DNA from: the human T2T-CHM13v2.0 reference genome, Homo sapiens
Direction: 5' to 3' (one strand)
Length of the DNA stretch: 64,000 nt
NCBI RefSeq assembly: GCF_009914755.1
Contig: NC_060926.1
Shown here piece after piece: positions 27,600 to 43,523 of this stretch. The position numbers were made by a program, and so were the translations under genes. Below the pieces are notes generated by a model. That model did not search any database. It saw only the letters and a program-made list of their open reading frames with translations, and was not told the DNA's origin. How positions within the stretch are numbered: the first letter of the stretch is position 1; every line of letters starts with the position of its first letter.

Positions 27600-28058
27600 T
27601 CTGTTTTAAAAACTGTTGGAACATGTAGTCCAAGCTATCAACATCTTGCAACAGAGCTATGGCAATAACCTTAAGTGGTCTTCCTGTTTTTACTCTCTGT
27701 CTCTCTCTCCTGGTGTCTATTTGCCACACATAGCCAGAGTGATTCTGTTAAAACCTAAGATAGGTCTTGTTAACTCTGCACAAAATCCTCTAATGTATTC
27801 ATTCAACCAACATTTGTTGACTATTTTGTGCTAGGCATTATTCCAAGTGCTGTTTTAATGGGGGAAGGCAGACAATAAAGAAAAGAAGTACTAAACTATA
27901 TAGGATATATAAATACATACAGTATATTATATATGGCAAGGGGAGGATACATTTAAAAGTGAAATTAGAGCAGGTAGAAAGGAAGCCAGATAGGTATCTA
28001 AGGATGATGATTCTAGAGGAGGAAACAGCAAGTGAAAAGGCCATAAAGTAGAGTATGA
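27600..28058. mobile_element. L2 fragments in both orientations
   Basis: 'ccacacatagccagagtgattctgttaaaacc' and 'attcattcaaccaacatttgttgactattttgtgctaggc'. Confidence 0.55.
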
Positions 28059-28304
28059 CTTTTTTTTTGAGATAGAATTCACATGTCATAAAGTCTACAA
28101 ATTAGTGGTTTCTAGAATATTCACGAAGTCACCACTACCTAATTTCAGGACGTTTTCTTCATTCCAAAAAAACCCTGTATCCACATCATTCATACTAGTC
28201 AAAAAGCAGAAACAATCCACGTGTCCATCAACTAATGAATAGATAAATAAAACGTGGTATGTCCATACAGTGGAATATTATTTGGCAATAAGAAGAAAGG
28301 AAGT

Positions 28305-28651
<347 letters not shown>

Positions 28652-28923
28652 TTAAAGAAGCCAGTCAGAAAGGACCACATACTGTATGATTTTATTTATA
28701 TAAAATGTCCAGAAGAGGCAAATCCATAAAAACAGAACATAGATTAGTGGTTACCTATGACTATAACGGAAGGGGAATTGGGCGGTGATGACTAAGGGGT
28801 GTAGTGTTTCTTTTGGGAATATTAAAATGTTCTACAATTGATTGTAGTGATGGGTGCACAACTCTGAAATATATACTAAAAACCATTGAATTTTACATTT
28901 TAGGTGAATTGTATAAAATGTGA

Positions 28924-29271
<348 letters not shown>

Positions 29272-31960
29272 TAATCGTTATTGATTATCTCAATAAAGAT
29301 ATTTTTTAAATATTTTAAAGAAGTTTTTAATAAAAGAAACTCCATGCCATTATCAGTCACTCTCCATTCTCTCACCTTCTCCCAGTGCCTGGCAACCACT
29401 AATGTACTTTCAAAAGCAAATATTTTAATTTTGATAAAGTCCAATTTATTTATATTTTCTTTGTGCATTAGGTATCATATCTAAGAAACCATTGACTAAT
29501 CCAAGGTCATGAAGATTTATACCTATATTTCCTTTGAAGAGTTTTAGAGTTTTTACTCTTAAATTTAGGTCTTTAGTACATTTGGGGCTAATTTTTGTAT
29601 ATTGTGTGAAGCAGGGATATGAATTCATTCTTTTACATGTGGATATCCACTTGACCAAATACCATTTGTTGAAAAGATTTTTCTTTCCCGACTTAATTGT
29701 CATAGCATTCTTGTCTTAAATTAATTACTGGTAGAATATATGAGTTTATTTCTGGATTCTTCATTCTATTTGATTTTTCTGTATATATATCCTAATGCCA
29801 ATTCTACACAGCCTCGATTACTATAGCTTGGTAGTAGGTTTTGATACTGTGAGTTGTGAGTCCTCTAACTTTGTTCTTATATTCCCAAGATTGTGCTGTT
29901 TATTTTGAGTCCCTTGCATTTCCATATGAATTTTGGAATCTGCTTGTCAATTTCTGCAAAAAATTCAGCTGGAGTTTTAATAGAGATTGCTTTGCATCTG
30001 TAGATCAATTTGGGGAGCACAGCTGCCTTAACAATATCAAATCTTCCTTCTAGGAACACAGGATATCTTCTCAATTATTTAGGTCTTTAATTTCTTTTAA
30101 TGATGTTTTCAGTGTACAAATCCTGCACATCTTTGTTATTTTATTTATTCTTTTTGATGCATTTAAAATGGAATTGTTTTCTTAATTTATTTTTTGAATT
30201 GTTCATTGCTACTGTAGAAATACACTTGATTTTTGGTATGCTATATTTTATATTTTGTGTATTGATTTTATATCTTTCAACCTTTTGAACCTGCTTATTA
30301 GTTCTAATAGTTCATGTGTGTGCATATATATGTGTGTGTATATTATTATATTCAGTACCATCTACAAATATAAATGGTTTTTCTCCTTTTTTTTCAAATA
30401 TGGATGCTTTTTATTTCATTTTCTTTCCTAATTGTCCTGGTGTGAGGTACAATGCTGAATATAAGTGATAAGCAAGGGCATCCTTTTCTCGTTCCCGATC
30501 TTCAGTGGAAAGTTTTCATTCCTTCAACATTAAGTATAAAGTTAGCTCTAGTTTTTTTTCTCTTTTTTTTGTGGATGCACTTTAACAGGTTGAAAAATTT
30601 ACTTGTATTCTTAGTTTGCTGAGTGTTTTTTTTATTGTGAAAGGGCTTTATATTTTGTCAAATGAGATGATTATGCATTTTTGTCCTTTACTATATTAAT
30701 ATGGTGTATTATATGGTTGAATTTTCATATGTTGAACCAATGTTTCATTCCTGGGATAAAACTCACTTGGTCTTTTTTATATATTACAGATTTGGTCTTC
30801 TAGTATTTTGTTGAGGATATTTGGATCTATATTCATGAGAGATTTTTGTCTGTAGTTTTCTTTTCTTGTGATGTCTTTGGTTGGTATCAGAGAAATGCTG
30901 ACCTCATAGAATGGGTTGGGAAGCTCTTCTTCCTCTTCTGTGTTTTGAAAAAATTTGTGAAGTATTGGTGTTAATTATTCTTTAAATGTTTGGTAGAATT
31001 CAACAGTGAAGACATCTGATTCTGGGCTTTTCTTTGAGGGAAGTGCTTTGATTACTTATTCAAACTCTATTTTTCATAGGACTGTCAGATTTTCTATTTT
31101 TTTCTTGAGATTTCAGTAGTTTGTGTCTTTCTATGAATTTTTCTATTTTATCTAGGTTATCTAATTTGTTGTCACACAATTGTTTATAATATTCCCTTAT
31201 ATTTCCTTTTATTTCCGTAAAGCTTTTCATTCCTGAGTTTAGTAATTTGAGCCTTCTGCCTTTGTTTTTTTTGGTCAGCCTTTTTTGTTGCGTTGTGTTT
31301 ATATTTTCACACATCTCAAAGTATTTTATAATTTCCTTTGTAATTTCTAATTTGGTTCATTGGTTATTTAGAAGTGTGTTTAATTTTTACATATTTGTGA
31401 ACTCACTACATTTTCTTCTTTTGTTGATTATAATTTCATTCCATATCGTAAAAGAAAATACCTTTTATTAATCATTTAAAAATGATTGAGACTTGTTTTA
31501 TGGTTTAATATATGGTCTATCTTGAAGTATATTCCATGAGCACTTGAGAAGAACATGTATTATGCTATTGAGTGGAGTCCTCTAATAGATACCTGTTAAG
31601 TCTAGTTGGTTAATAGTGCTGTTCAGGTCTTGTATCAGTCATCTATATTTTTGATTTTTTGATATGCTATCTAGTTGCTCTTTTCATTATTAAAAGTGGG
31701 ATATGGAAGTCTCAAAATGTTATTGTTAAATGGTCTATTTACCTCTTTAATTCTGTCAGTTTTTGCTTCTTGTCTTATGGGGCTTTATTGTTAGATATTT
31801 ATTAATGTTATCTGTTTATCATTGTAAATGTTCTTACTTGTCTTTATTAACTTTTTTTTGTCTTGAACTCTCTTGTCTAATATTCTAGTTACCTTTGGCA
31901 TTTTAAAAATTCTTTAAGTTTCAACCTGTTTTCATTTTTGAATCTAAAGCATAACTCTTG

Positions 31961-33648
31961 ATAGGAATAGCATTGAATCTGTAAATTACTTTGGGTAGTG
32001 TGGTCATCTTAAAGATATTGATTCTTCCAATCCATAAACATGGGATTTTTTCCATTTATTTGCATCATCTCTGATTTCTTTCAGCAGTATTTTGCAGTTC
32101 TTCTTGTAGAGATCATTCACTTCCTTGATTAGGTGTATCACCAGATATTTTATTTTCTTTGTGGCTTTTGTAAATGGAATTGTGTTCTTGTTTGACTCTC
32201 AGCTTGGACTTTATTGGTGCATAGAAATGTTACTGATTTTTGAAAATTGATTTTACATCCTGAAAGCATTCTAAAATTTTTTATCACTTCTAGTCACACT
32301 ACTCAACTTCAAACTATACTATAAGGCTACAGTAACCAAAACAGCATGGTAAACAGACACACAGACCAACAGAATAGAATACAGAACCTAGAAACGAAGC
32401 TGCTCATCTACAATCATCCAATCTTCGACAAGGCTGACAAAAAAAAGCAATGGGGAAAGGACTCTCTATTCAATAAATGGTGCTGGGATAAATGGGTAGC
32501 CATATGCAGAAGAATGAAACTACATGTTCACCTTTCATCATATTAAAAAACTAACTCAAAATCCATTAAAGATTTAAACAAAAGACCTCAAACTATAAAT
32601 ATTCTAGAAGAAAACCTAGGAAATAGCCTTCTTGACATTGGCCTTGGCAAATAATTTTTGGCTAAGTCCTCAAAAGCAGCTGCAACATAAAAATAGAATC
32701 TAAATAGATTCCATAAAAATGGAATCTAATTAAACTGAAGAGCTTCTGCACAGCAAAAGAAAGCATCGACAGAGCAAACAGACAGCTTACAGAATGGGAG
32801 AAAATATTCACTAATTATGCGTCCAAGAAAGATCTAATACATAGAATCTATAAGGAACTTAAACAAATGAACAAGTAAGAAACAGACACTTCACAAAAGA
32901 CATACAAACACCTAACAAACATGAACAAATACTCATCATCACTAATCATCAGAGAAATGCAAATGAAAACCACAGAGAGATACCATCTCAAACTAGTCAG
33001 AATGGCTATTATTAAAAAGGCAAAAAACAACAGATGCTGGTGAGGCTGCAGAGAAAAGGGAATACTTATATACTGTTGATGGGAATGTAAATTAGTTTAG
33101 CCACTGTGGAAAGCAGTTTGGAGATTTCTCAAAGAACTTACAATAGAATTACCATTCAACCCAGCAATCCCATTACTGAATATATACCTAAAGGAAAATA
33201 GATCATTATACCAAAAACACACATGCACTTGTATGTTCATTGCTGTGCAATTCACAACAGCAAAGACATGGAATCAACTTAGGTGCCCATCAGTGGTGGA
33301 TTGGAGAAGAAAAATGTGGTACATATACACTATGAAATACTATGCAGCCATAAAAAAGAATGAAATCATGTCCTTTGCAGCAGCATGGATGCGGCAGGAG
33401 GCCATAATCCTAAGTGAATTAATGCAGGAACAGAAAACTATCGCATGTTCTTACTTCTAAGTGGAAGCTAAATAATGAGCACACATGGACATAAATATAG
33501 GAACAATAGATACTGAAGAATATTAGAGGGATGAGTGGATTGAAAAACTATTTGGTACTATGCTCACTACCTGGGTGCAATATACCCATGTGACAAACCT
33601 GTACATGTACTCTCTGTATCTAAAACAAAAGCTGAACATTTTTTTAAA
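31961..33648 (+). mobile_element. L1PB/L1PA16-like element with 5' inversion
   Basis: 31961-32293 antisense ORF2, 32294-33648 sense to the 3' end; decayed TSD aaagcataactcttg / aaggtgtaactcttg. Confidence 0.85.
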
Positions 33649-33920
33649 AAGGTGTAACTCTTGTAGATAGCATATATTTGGGTCCTTTTAAAAAATCTGA
33701 CAACCTTTGCCTTTGGAATGTTTAATATATTTACACCTAATGTAATTTACTCCCATGTTGGGAATTACCTCTGTCATTTTATTATTTGTTTTCTCTATGT
33801 CTTATGTCTTTTATGTTCCTGTATTCTTCTATCACTGCCTTCTTTGATGTTAAATATTTTCTACTGTTTCATTTTAATTCCCTGCTGTTTCTTTACAAAT
33901 AGTCCCTTTTATTTCTGTAA

Positions 33921-34274
<354 letters not shown>

Positions 34275-34754
34275 TAATATCTTAAACTTATAACAAACTA
34301 GTTTGAATAATATGAACTTAGTTTCAAAAGTATATACTGTATTCCTATACAATGCCTCCATTTTATATAGTTATTATCGCAGGTTACATCTTTATACATT
34401 GTATACCATTAACAGATTTATAATTACGATTTTGCCACTTAAATCATATAGAAAATTAGAGGTATTACAAAGCAAATGATACTGGCTTTTATATTGACCT
34501 GTGCAACTACTGTGTAACTTTTACTAGTGTTCTTTATCTCTTCATATGGCTCTGAGTTTCTATGTCCTTTCATTTTGACCTGAAGGAAGGACTCCTTTTA
34601 GCATTTCTTATAGATCAAGCCTACTAGAAACAAAATCTCTTAGCTTTTGTTTATCTAGGAATATCTTAATTTTTCTTCATTCTTGACGTTTAATTTAGTT
34701 AGCTATAGAATTCTTGGTTGACTTTTGCTTTCAGCATTTTAAATAGTTCATTCA

Positions 34755-35047
34755 GGATTGGGCATGGTGGCTCATGCCTGTAATCTAAGCACTTCAAGAG
34801 GCTGAGGTGGGTGGATTGCTTGAGCCTGAGAGTTCAAGACCGCCTGAGTAACATGACAAGACCCCAACTCTACAAAAAATAAGAAAATTTGGTTGGTGTG
34901 GTGGTGTGCACCTGTAGTCCCAGCTACTTGAGAGACTAACGTGAGAGGATCACTTGAGCCCAGGATGTCGAGGCTGCAGTGAGCTATGATCACACCACTG
35001 CACTCCAGCCTTGGCAACAGAGCAAGACCTTGTCTAAAAACAAAAAA
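34755..35047 (+). mobile_element. AluJ
   Basis: 'ggattgcttgagcctgagagttc', 'gaggctgcagtgagctatgatcacaccactg'. Confidence 0.92.
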
Positions 35048-35799
35048 TTTCATCCCACTGCTTTCTGGCTTCCATGATTTCTGATGAAAAATCAGCCTTG
35101 GATATTATTGAGGGTCCCTTGTACATGGCAAGTCACTTTTTTCTTGCTGCTTATAAAATTCTCTATCTTTGGTTTTTGACAATTTGGGTACAATGTAACT
35201 GAGTGTCAATTTGTTTGAGTTTATCATGCTTGGAGTTCTTGAAACTTCTTGAATGTGCAGATTCACGTATTTCATCAAATTTGGAAAGCGTTTAGCCAAT
35301 ATTTTTTTTCTGCCCATATCAAGCATATGTTAGTATGCTTGGCAGTGTTTCACATGTACTTGAAGATCTGTTCATTTTTCTTCATTCATTTGTTTTTCTG
35401 TTTCTCAGACTGAGTAATCTCAATTGTCCTATCTTCAAGTTTGCTGATTCTTTCTTATGCCTGCTCAGATCTGTTATTGAGCCCCTTTAGTGAATTTTAA
35501 ATTAATTATTACACTTTTTACTTCCAGATTCTCCAGTTGGCTCCTTTTTAATAATTTCTATCTCTATCGATATTATTTATTTTAGGCAATATCTTTCTTA
35601 TACTTTCTTTTAGTTCTTAAGACATGGTTTCCCTTAGTTCTTTTAACTCATTTGTAATAATGAAAGTGGTAGTCTAGTAAGTACAATGCTTGGATTTTCT
35701 CTGTTGGCTGCTTCCCCATTCCTTTCCCCCTGTATGGGATATACTTGTTCTTGTTGCTTTGTATCTCTCATAATATTTTATTAAAAACCAGACAAATTA

Positions 35800-36233
<434 letters not shown>

Positions 36234-36604
36234 CTAATTCTGTAAAGTCTGTATTCTTTGTTGTGTGAACACTGATGTCTCTGCTTGGTTAGCTTAAATG
36301 TCAGCTAATTATTGGATGGAGATTTTCTTACATGTGTGGAACCAATAATTCTTCCAGTCTTTGCCTAGGGGCTCTGTGTGTGTGTTGGTGTGTGTCTCCA
36401 AAACTCAGTCAGTTCGTTGATGACCCTGTCTTTGCCTTCACTACATGCTTGTCCAGAGCCCAAGGTCAGCCCACAGAGAGAGTTTAGGGATTTCTCAGGT
36501 CTTTACTGGAATGTGCACAGCCCTACACATGCATATGACCTTCTACAATCCGAGGTATATGTCATAACTTTTCAAATCCCCTATGGATAGTTCCTTCCCT
36601 AGCT

Positions 36605-36735
36605 CATGTATACATATGTAACTAACCTGCACGTTGTGCACATGTACACTAAAACTTAAAGTATAATTAAAAAAGAAAATAATTAAATTAAAACAATTGT
36701 GGAAGACAAAAGTTTTAAAGTAAAAAAAAAAAAAA
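36605..36735 (+). mobile_element. Very short young L1PA 3' end with probable 3' transduction
   Basis: 'catgtatacatatgtaactaacctgcacgttgtgcacatgtac...cttaaagtataa', A-rich run, about 42 bp of non-L1 sequence, then a second poly(A). Confidence 0.8.
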
Positions 36736-37294
36736 CTTTTTTGATTAGCATATTTTTTCCCCCAACTGTTTCCACTGCCTCAAAGCAGCAAAGTTAATCA
36801 ATTGCCTCTAATTTGTTTTGGCAAACATTCCTAGGGAAAAGGATTTTTGTAGCTGGTAAATTATGAATTAGGTTAAATAAAGACAGCTTTGTAGATGGGG
36901 ATCTTCCAGGGAAGCACCACACATCCAGGTGAGGTAATGATAGTTGTCTGGGAATTAGGCTTCGAGGGAACTCCATCGCCAATCTACCCCTCCAGAGGCT
37001 GCCAGGCTGATGGTTTTTAGTGTGATTTAAGGCTGTTGGTTTTCAAGGTTTCCATGGAGCTAGAGCAAGAGTGATGGAAAAAGGGCAGGTTAAAATGCCT
37101 AAAATCACTCTGTTCTTTTCAAAATTCAACTTTTTTCACATAAATACTATCCTGATTGGTGCCAGTGTTTATTTCCAAAGTTATGAAAAAACTGATTTTG
37201 ACAAATTTTGTCATTTCCCCAATTGCTTCTAAAGCAGAGATAATTTTCAGAGGTCTTTGCCATTTTTGCTGATGTCACTTTTTTTCTTTTATAT

Positions 37295-37950
37295 TAATTT
37301 GAGGAACAGCCAGGAGGCACCATGGCCAAGGCAGAGTGGGGGAATGTTGAGGTCAGGGAGGCAACAGGGGCCAGAGCGCATAGGAAGGGCTGACCTTGAG
37401 GCCACTGTGAGGACTGTGGATTTTACTCTGATGTGAAGATGCAGCAGGGACTCTGAGCAGATAGGTGATGCAATATGACTTGGGTTGAAAGAGAGTCATT
37501 CTGGCTGCTGGGTACAAACTGAAACACAGAATTTGAAGTGGGAAAGAACAGAACCAATTTTCTCTCAGAGAAATCCCAAATCCTTTCCCTGGCCTGCAAG
37601 GCCCTGCAGGATATGCGTCTGGCCAGCCCTCTGACCCCATATCTTAGCACTTGGCCCCTTTTTAACTCTGCTGCGGCTACACTGGATGCCTTAATTTTCC
37701 TCAAATTCTGCCCTTGCCCCAGAGCCTTTGCACCTGTTGTTCCTTCTGCCTGGAACACCTTTCCCACAGGTATTCACATGGCTTATGCTCTTCCTTATGA
37801 TCTTTGTCCAAATGCCACTTTATCAGAGGGACTACCTTGACTGTTTTATATAAAATGGTAATTCCCTTCCCTCTGCTCTTTATCCCATTACCCTCTTTTA
37901 TGTTTCTTCAGAGCCTCTATCAACACCTCACATGTTACTTATACATTTGT
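37295..37950. mobile_element. L2 fragments, head-to-head
   Basis: 'ggattttactctgatgtgaagatgcagcaggg', 'gagtcattctggctgctggg', 'gcctttgcacctgttgttccttctgcctggaacac'. Confidence 0.7.
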
Positions 37951-38317
37951 TATCGGTCTGGCAATATAAACCAATTTATTCCAAGTTGCCTTTTTAGCCT
38001 CTAGGAGGAGGAAGAAGTGAAAAAAGAATTTCCCAGACAGAAGAACACATATTTTTCTCATTTTCTGAAAGCCTCCTTCTCGGGAAGGCCCTCTTAATGG
38101 AAACCTACTCTTCACGCCTGTAGTCTATCAAGTCCTGGGGCATTCTTGGGGTTGAATGAAAGAGTGTTGAAAGAAGGGCCAGGTGTAAAGGAGGGCTGAT
38201 TAACTTTCGGTTCTAATGATCTCAGAAAGCCATTGGATTAGTCAACATCACCTTCTCTAACTTTATAACAAGGGATCCTGCAGACTCAAATGCTTCACAC
38301 AGGACAGGTTTATTTCT

Positions 38318-38683
<366 letters not shown>

Positions 38684-38990
38684 AGGAAAGTTTTATTTCT
38701 TACTCCCAAAGTCGGATGTGGATTAAATGGGGTCCTTCTTGGCCATACTCGTCCATGCAGTAACTCAGGAATCCTGGCTCCTTTAACTTATGATGTTGCA
38801 ATCTTAAATGTGTGGGCTCTGAAAGGAAAGAAACCCTGCTGAAGGCACACTGGCCTTTAACTGTCTTAACACAGATGTGCCGCCTGTCACTTCTGCTCAT
38901 ATTCCACTAGACAAACTCAACCAGATGCCTCTCCCTCACTGCAGGGGAGGCTGGAAAGTGCTGCAGCTTGTATGTGGCAAACACAGTGGT
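38684..38990 (-). mobile_element. Old MLT1 (J/K-like) LTR fragment
   Basis: 'ctcaggaatcctggctcctttaacttatg', 'gtcacttctgctcatattccactag', 'ctgcaggggaggctggaaagtg'. Confidence 0.6.
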
Positions 38991-40250
38991 TTTCCTCTGC
39001 CACAATCACCTTGAGAATGCAGATGGACGGCTCTCCCCAGTGTCTGCTCAGGAGCCAGCTGGAGGTGAGGGAAGAAGTTGTTGGCTGCAAAGGACAGGTC
39101 CTTGAGAGAGAGACCGACTAACCAGGGAGCCTTTGTGGATTTGGGATGAGATTGGGAGCTCTGGCCCAGATAGCCTCTCACCTGTAAGCCAACCATCTTC
39201 TGGACATATGAATTCGAGAGAGCTTCAAACTTGAGCCCTCAGTGATGTGCCCCACTGGGCATTTCCTTGACAGTGTCTAGCATCCTGAGGCCATGTCACC
39301 AGTGCCTCTCCGAGGAAAGCTCCTCAGGTACAGTAGTTTGTTTTCACAGTGTGAACAGTAGCCTGAAATAAGGTTAGCATGGCAGCTTGCACAACAACTT
39401 TGCACTGGATTGTGATGAGCAGGGGTAGGAGGCGTTTCTTGGAGGTTGATTAATCCATACGTGTTTATGCAGACTTTCCTTAGAGAACACCTCCTCACCC
39501 TGACAGTCAGTGTGTGCACAGGCCTCCTAATGCACTGTGTGCTAGTTAAAATGTCCAATGTGGAAAGTATTATAACAGCTATGCAACCAACTCTGATTGG
39601 AAGCAGCTTTTGCTTCAGATATGATCTGTGTTACCAGAAAATTGGGCATGTGCAGGGCTGGCTTAATTTCTTTATTCTTTTCCTTTCTCTTGTTTATCAT
39701 TGTTTAACCTTGGGAGGTGAATTGTAAAGCTCTGTGGTCCCTGTAGGGTGTCCCATGACATTTACACTGAGGAGCAGAGATACATAGGCACATGAAAACC
39801 ATTTAGACTAGCAAGGAAGCTTTTGAGTGTGGGATTTTTCTTGAATAGTTCATTCTCAGGCTTTGGCATATTACTTGATAGGTGGAGATTCCTTTAACCA
39901 AAACAACAAACCAAAACTAGGTACTCAGGTGCAGAGCCAATGCCTGATTGCCTTGTTGTTTTGGGTTTTGAGTTCCCTAACTACCCATGATTATTGAATA
40001 TGGAATCAAGGCCCTCCTGCAGGTTCCCTTGTAATCTTATCTAAAATACAACCTGGTTTTGTAATGAAAGGGAGCTGTGTTCCCACTTAGGGTCATTCAG
40101 TTTGTGTGAGGCATAACAGTGCTTGGCCGAGGGGGCTTGTCGGGCTGGAATGCAGCCCTTCTCCTGCTTGCTAGGCCCTGCTTTTTGGTCCTGAGCTGTG
40201 TCAGGCCAGAGGACAGGACATCTTTTTGTAATTTGAAATCTCAAAGGGGA

Positions 40251-40550
40251 GGCCTGGCATGGTGGCTCATGCCTGTAATCCCAGCACTTTGGGAGGCCAA
40301 GGCAGGCGGATCACAAGGCCAGGAGATTGAGACCATCCTGGCTAACACGGTGAAACCCAGTCTCTACTAAAAATACAAAAAACTAGCTGGGCGTGGTGGC
40401 GGGCGCCTGTAGTCCCCAGCTACTGGGGAGGCTGAGGCAGAGAATGGCATGAACCCGGGAGGCGGAGCTTGCAGTGAGCCCAGATCGCGCCACTGCACTC
40501 CAGCCTGGGCAACAGAGCGAGACTCTGTCTCAAAAAAAAAAAAGAAAAAA
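40251..40550 (+). mobile_element. AluY
   Basis: 'gaccatcctggctaacacggtgaaac', 'ggcggagcttgcag'; TSD aaatctcaaagggg. Confidence 0.93.
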
Positions 40551-42084
40551 AAATCTCAAAGGGGCACCCTCTTGCCCAGAGGTGCTGCACAACATGTGCT
40601 AGCAGCCCCTGCAGGGCCACCATGCCCCTCACCATGTCCAGTGTCTTCAGTGCCCTCAGCCTCCAAGTGATTCTCAGAATTCTCCACTGCCACCCAAGAA
40701 GAAAAGACTAGAGGTGGAGGAATTTCTCCTCGAGGGCCACTTCTGCCGAGTCTCTGACCTCCTCTATTTATTCTCAGCCTCTTTGGTGACATTCCTGCTT
40801 GCAGATATTCAGCACACATGAGGAATTTTATCGCATACCCAAACCCTATAAGAATGTGAAATATAGCATGACAACATTTTGCTACATTAACTTATGTAGG
40901 ATTCCTCCCCCCAACCATAGTTATATATTTTCCCCTTCTCCCTCCACTCAGCCAATATAAGTGACAAGGCCGTTTGATGCTCAGTCCCCCAGGACAGATA
41001 ATAGGAGAAGTAGGAAGCAGAGAAAACAAAGAGTTGTCTTCACAGGCATTTCCAGAAGCTGATACTCTTGAGGGAGTGGAAAGGACTCCATGTGTATCCA
41101 ACACGGGAGGGACATCCTGAGTGACAGCGGAGATTTCACTCCTGCCCATTTTGGGAAGGGTGTCCCTGGGTGAAGAAGGAGTTGACAGGCAGCTCTATGC
41201 TCTACCTGTTGGCAATTCTCTCTGGGAAGATTTCTGTGCCCCAGCGTGGCAGAAAGTGAGTCCTGTGCCCTCAAGGGTGGTACAGATTAGCTGAGAGAAT
41301 AGTCGGATCTAAAGGGTCTCATGCCTGGAATGAGGGCTGCCCTTCTGGGGACTGGTATAGACTAAAAGCTGAGGAGCAGATGGGACAATGGGCACCTCAG
41401 CAGTGCCTGTGTGGGCATGATGCTACCTCCCTTCCCAGGCCCTCAGTACTAGGAGCTTCCCAGAAGACAGACACAGTCTTGGGGAAACCAGAGGTGCCAT
41501 AAGGAATGCTTGAGTTTAAACCTCTACCATCCCCCAAATACACACAAAGTTATAGAAAGACAGATGAATTGCACACATCCATGCTGGACAATGGGTTTGG
41601 GAAGTATGGCGAGGGATGTATAAAACAGGTCCGTTTCTCACCTTTCCCTTCTACTCCACCCACCCCCTCCCTTTAGCCTCCTTTCTGAGAGTCTACCTGT
41701 GAAAGCCAGCGAGTTCTGTGGGGCTGCTGGGTGGGGTGAGGGCTACAGATCTGAGGTCAGGTGTCATTGAACATAAAACTAGTTGGAGGGTCAGCTTAGC
41801 TTAGGGCTTCACATACTCCTTCATCTGGTGGTCAGGACAAGATGTAGGTAGGCCATTTTAACACGGAGCAAGGATTTCTCCAGCTCATGTCACCTCTGGC
41901 ATCTGCTCCGTGGAGGCTCAAGCCCTGTCTCCAGAGTTTGGATGAGGCTTCTTTGCTCCCTGGAATCCAGGGCCACTGCTCTGGCTTCTGAATGAAAGTG
42001 ACTCCACACAGCCAGGCTTCATGGCCATTGGGGCTGGTACACACCAGCTGTCACTGAGGCTGTAAGGAAGTGAGCCCAGGGCTG

Positions 42085-42242
42085 AGGCAAAGATTCTGGT
42101 CCTGGCTCTGGCACCAGCTTGCAGTGTGCCACAACACATTCCCAAACCTCTTCAAGTCCTTGATGCTTCCTTGGGAAATGAGGGGATTGGCCTCGAATAA
42201 TTTATTGGGTTTCATTCAGCCCTTCAATGTCTATAACTCTGT
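42085..42242 (+). mobile_element. MIR-family fragment
   Basis: 'ttctggtcctggctctggcacc...gggaaatgaggggattgg'. Confidence 0.5.
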
Positions 42243-43523
42243 GACAATGTTTGACATTTATTCTTTGGGTTGTTTCTTTTATACACTTATAGCTTTTGGT
42301 GGGTTTCATCCCCTTCCCCTAATAACGACAACAGAAACGTCTCCCATGTGAACAGGGCTTTCCAGCTTAAAACGACATCTCCCTGTCAATGAGTCTGTGT
42401 AAGTCCCAGGATTCAGGACCTGCTGTCGTGGAGCCCCTTTTCTCCTTTCTTTAGTGATTGCCTTTCTAATTCCTTCTTTCTTCCTTGGAGGCTTCTGAGT
42501 TTGCACAGGGCCAGCCCTTGGCCCCACTGCACACAGTCACCCTGTCCCCTCTCAGCTGTCCTCTAAGAGCTCCCTCATGCACATTTCCAGGCACATTTGT
42601 AGGGACCAAAGTGAATGACTTTGACCACACTTTAAGCATCACTCCATGCCTTCACATACATGAAAAATTTTTGCTATTCTTCTAATTACAAATGTCATAG
42701 ATCATAAATTTATGCAAAATGCAGGTTTATTAGAATGCTTCTCATAGATAGTGCTACCACTAAGAAAGAGGGTTTGGTACACACACTGCCAACTTTTTCT
42801 CCATCTGAATGTGGGCTCTTCCTTCCCACCCCCTTTTCTTTAAGCCTGATGCCTTCTAAGATGGATAGAGTAAAATGTTTTTTGTGCAATATGACTCAAG
42901 GGTGGCAAGAGACGGACTGCTTCCATAATAAGGAATAGGAGACAAGCTAGCAGGAAATTAACCTTTTCTATGCACTTTTCAGTATTTTTAGTTCCTCTCC
43001 TCCTCTCACCATTGATACTTCTCTGCGGCCCCATCAAATTGCAGACACAGATGAAGAGGAGTTTGACACTTTCCGGGTCCTACGTCCAGACAGTAGGACA
43101 TCAGGATCTGAGTGGCAATGGGATGGGCACATCTATAAGTAGTTATTCTTCTAAGAGACATGTCAGTTCATGAGGAAAGTCCAGCATCATGTAGATATAT
43201 AGTTGGAAAAGGGAGGAGTGTTTTACTAATCTTTTCAGATAATTGTGGATATTCTTCTGTGATACTATACCAAACTCAGCCAGTACCTAGGAGTTAGTTA
43301 CACTGTGAAATCTGAAATCACATTAATGAACTTTTTTTAGTCTGCTACACTAAGATCTATTGGTTTATCTTGCTTTAAATAGAAATATCATGCATATATA
43401 CTTTGTACCATACTTAGGCTATTTTGAAAATATTGGTTCACTGAGTTATGTAGATCTTCTAAATGTTGACTAAGATATTTTCTTAATATAAAATAATCAC
43501 ATTCATTAATACTGCTACCCATC

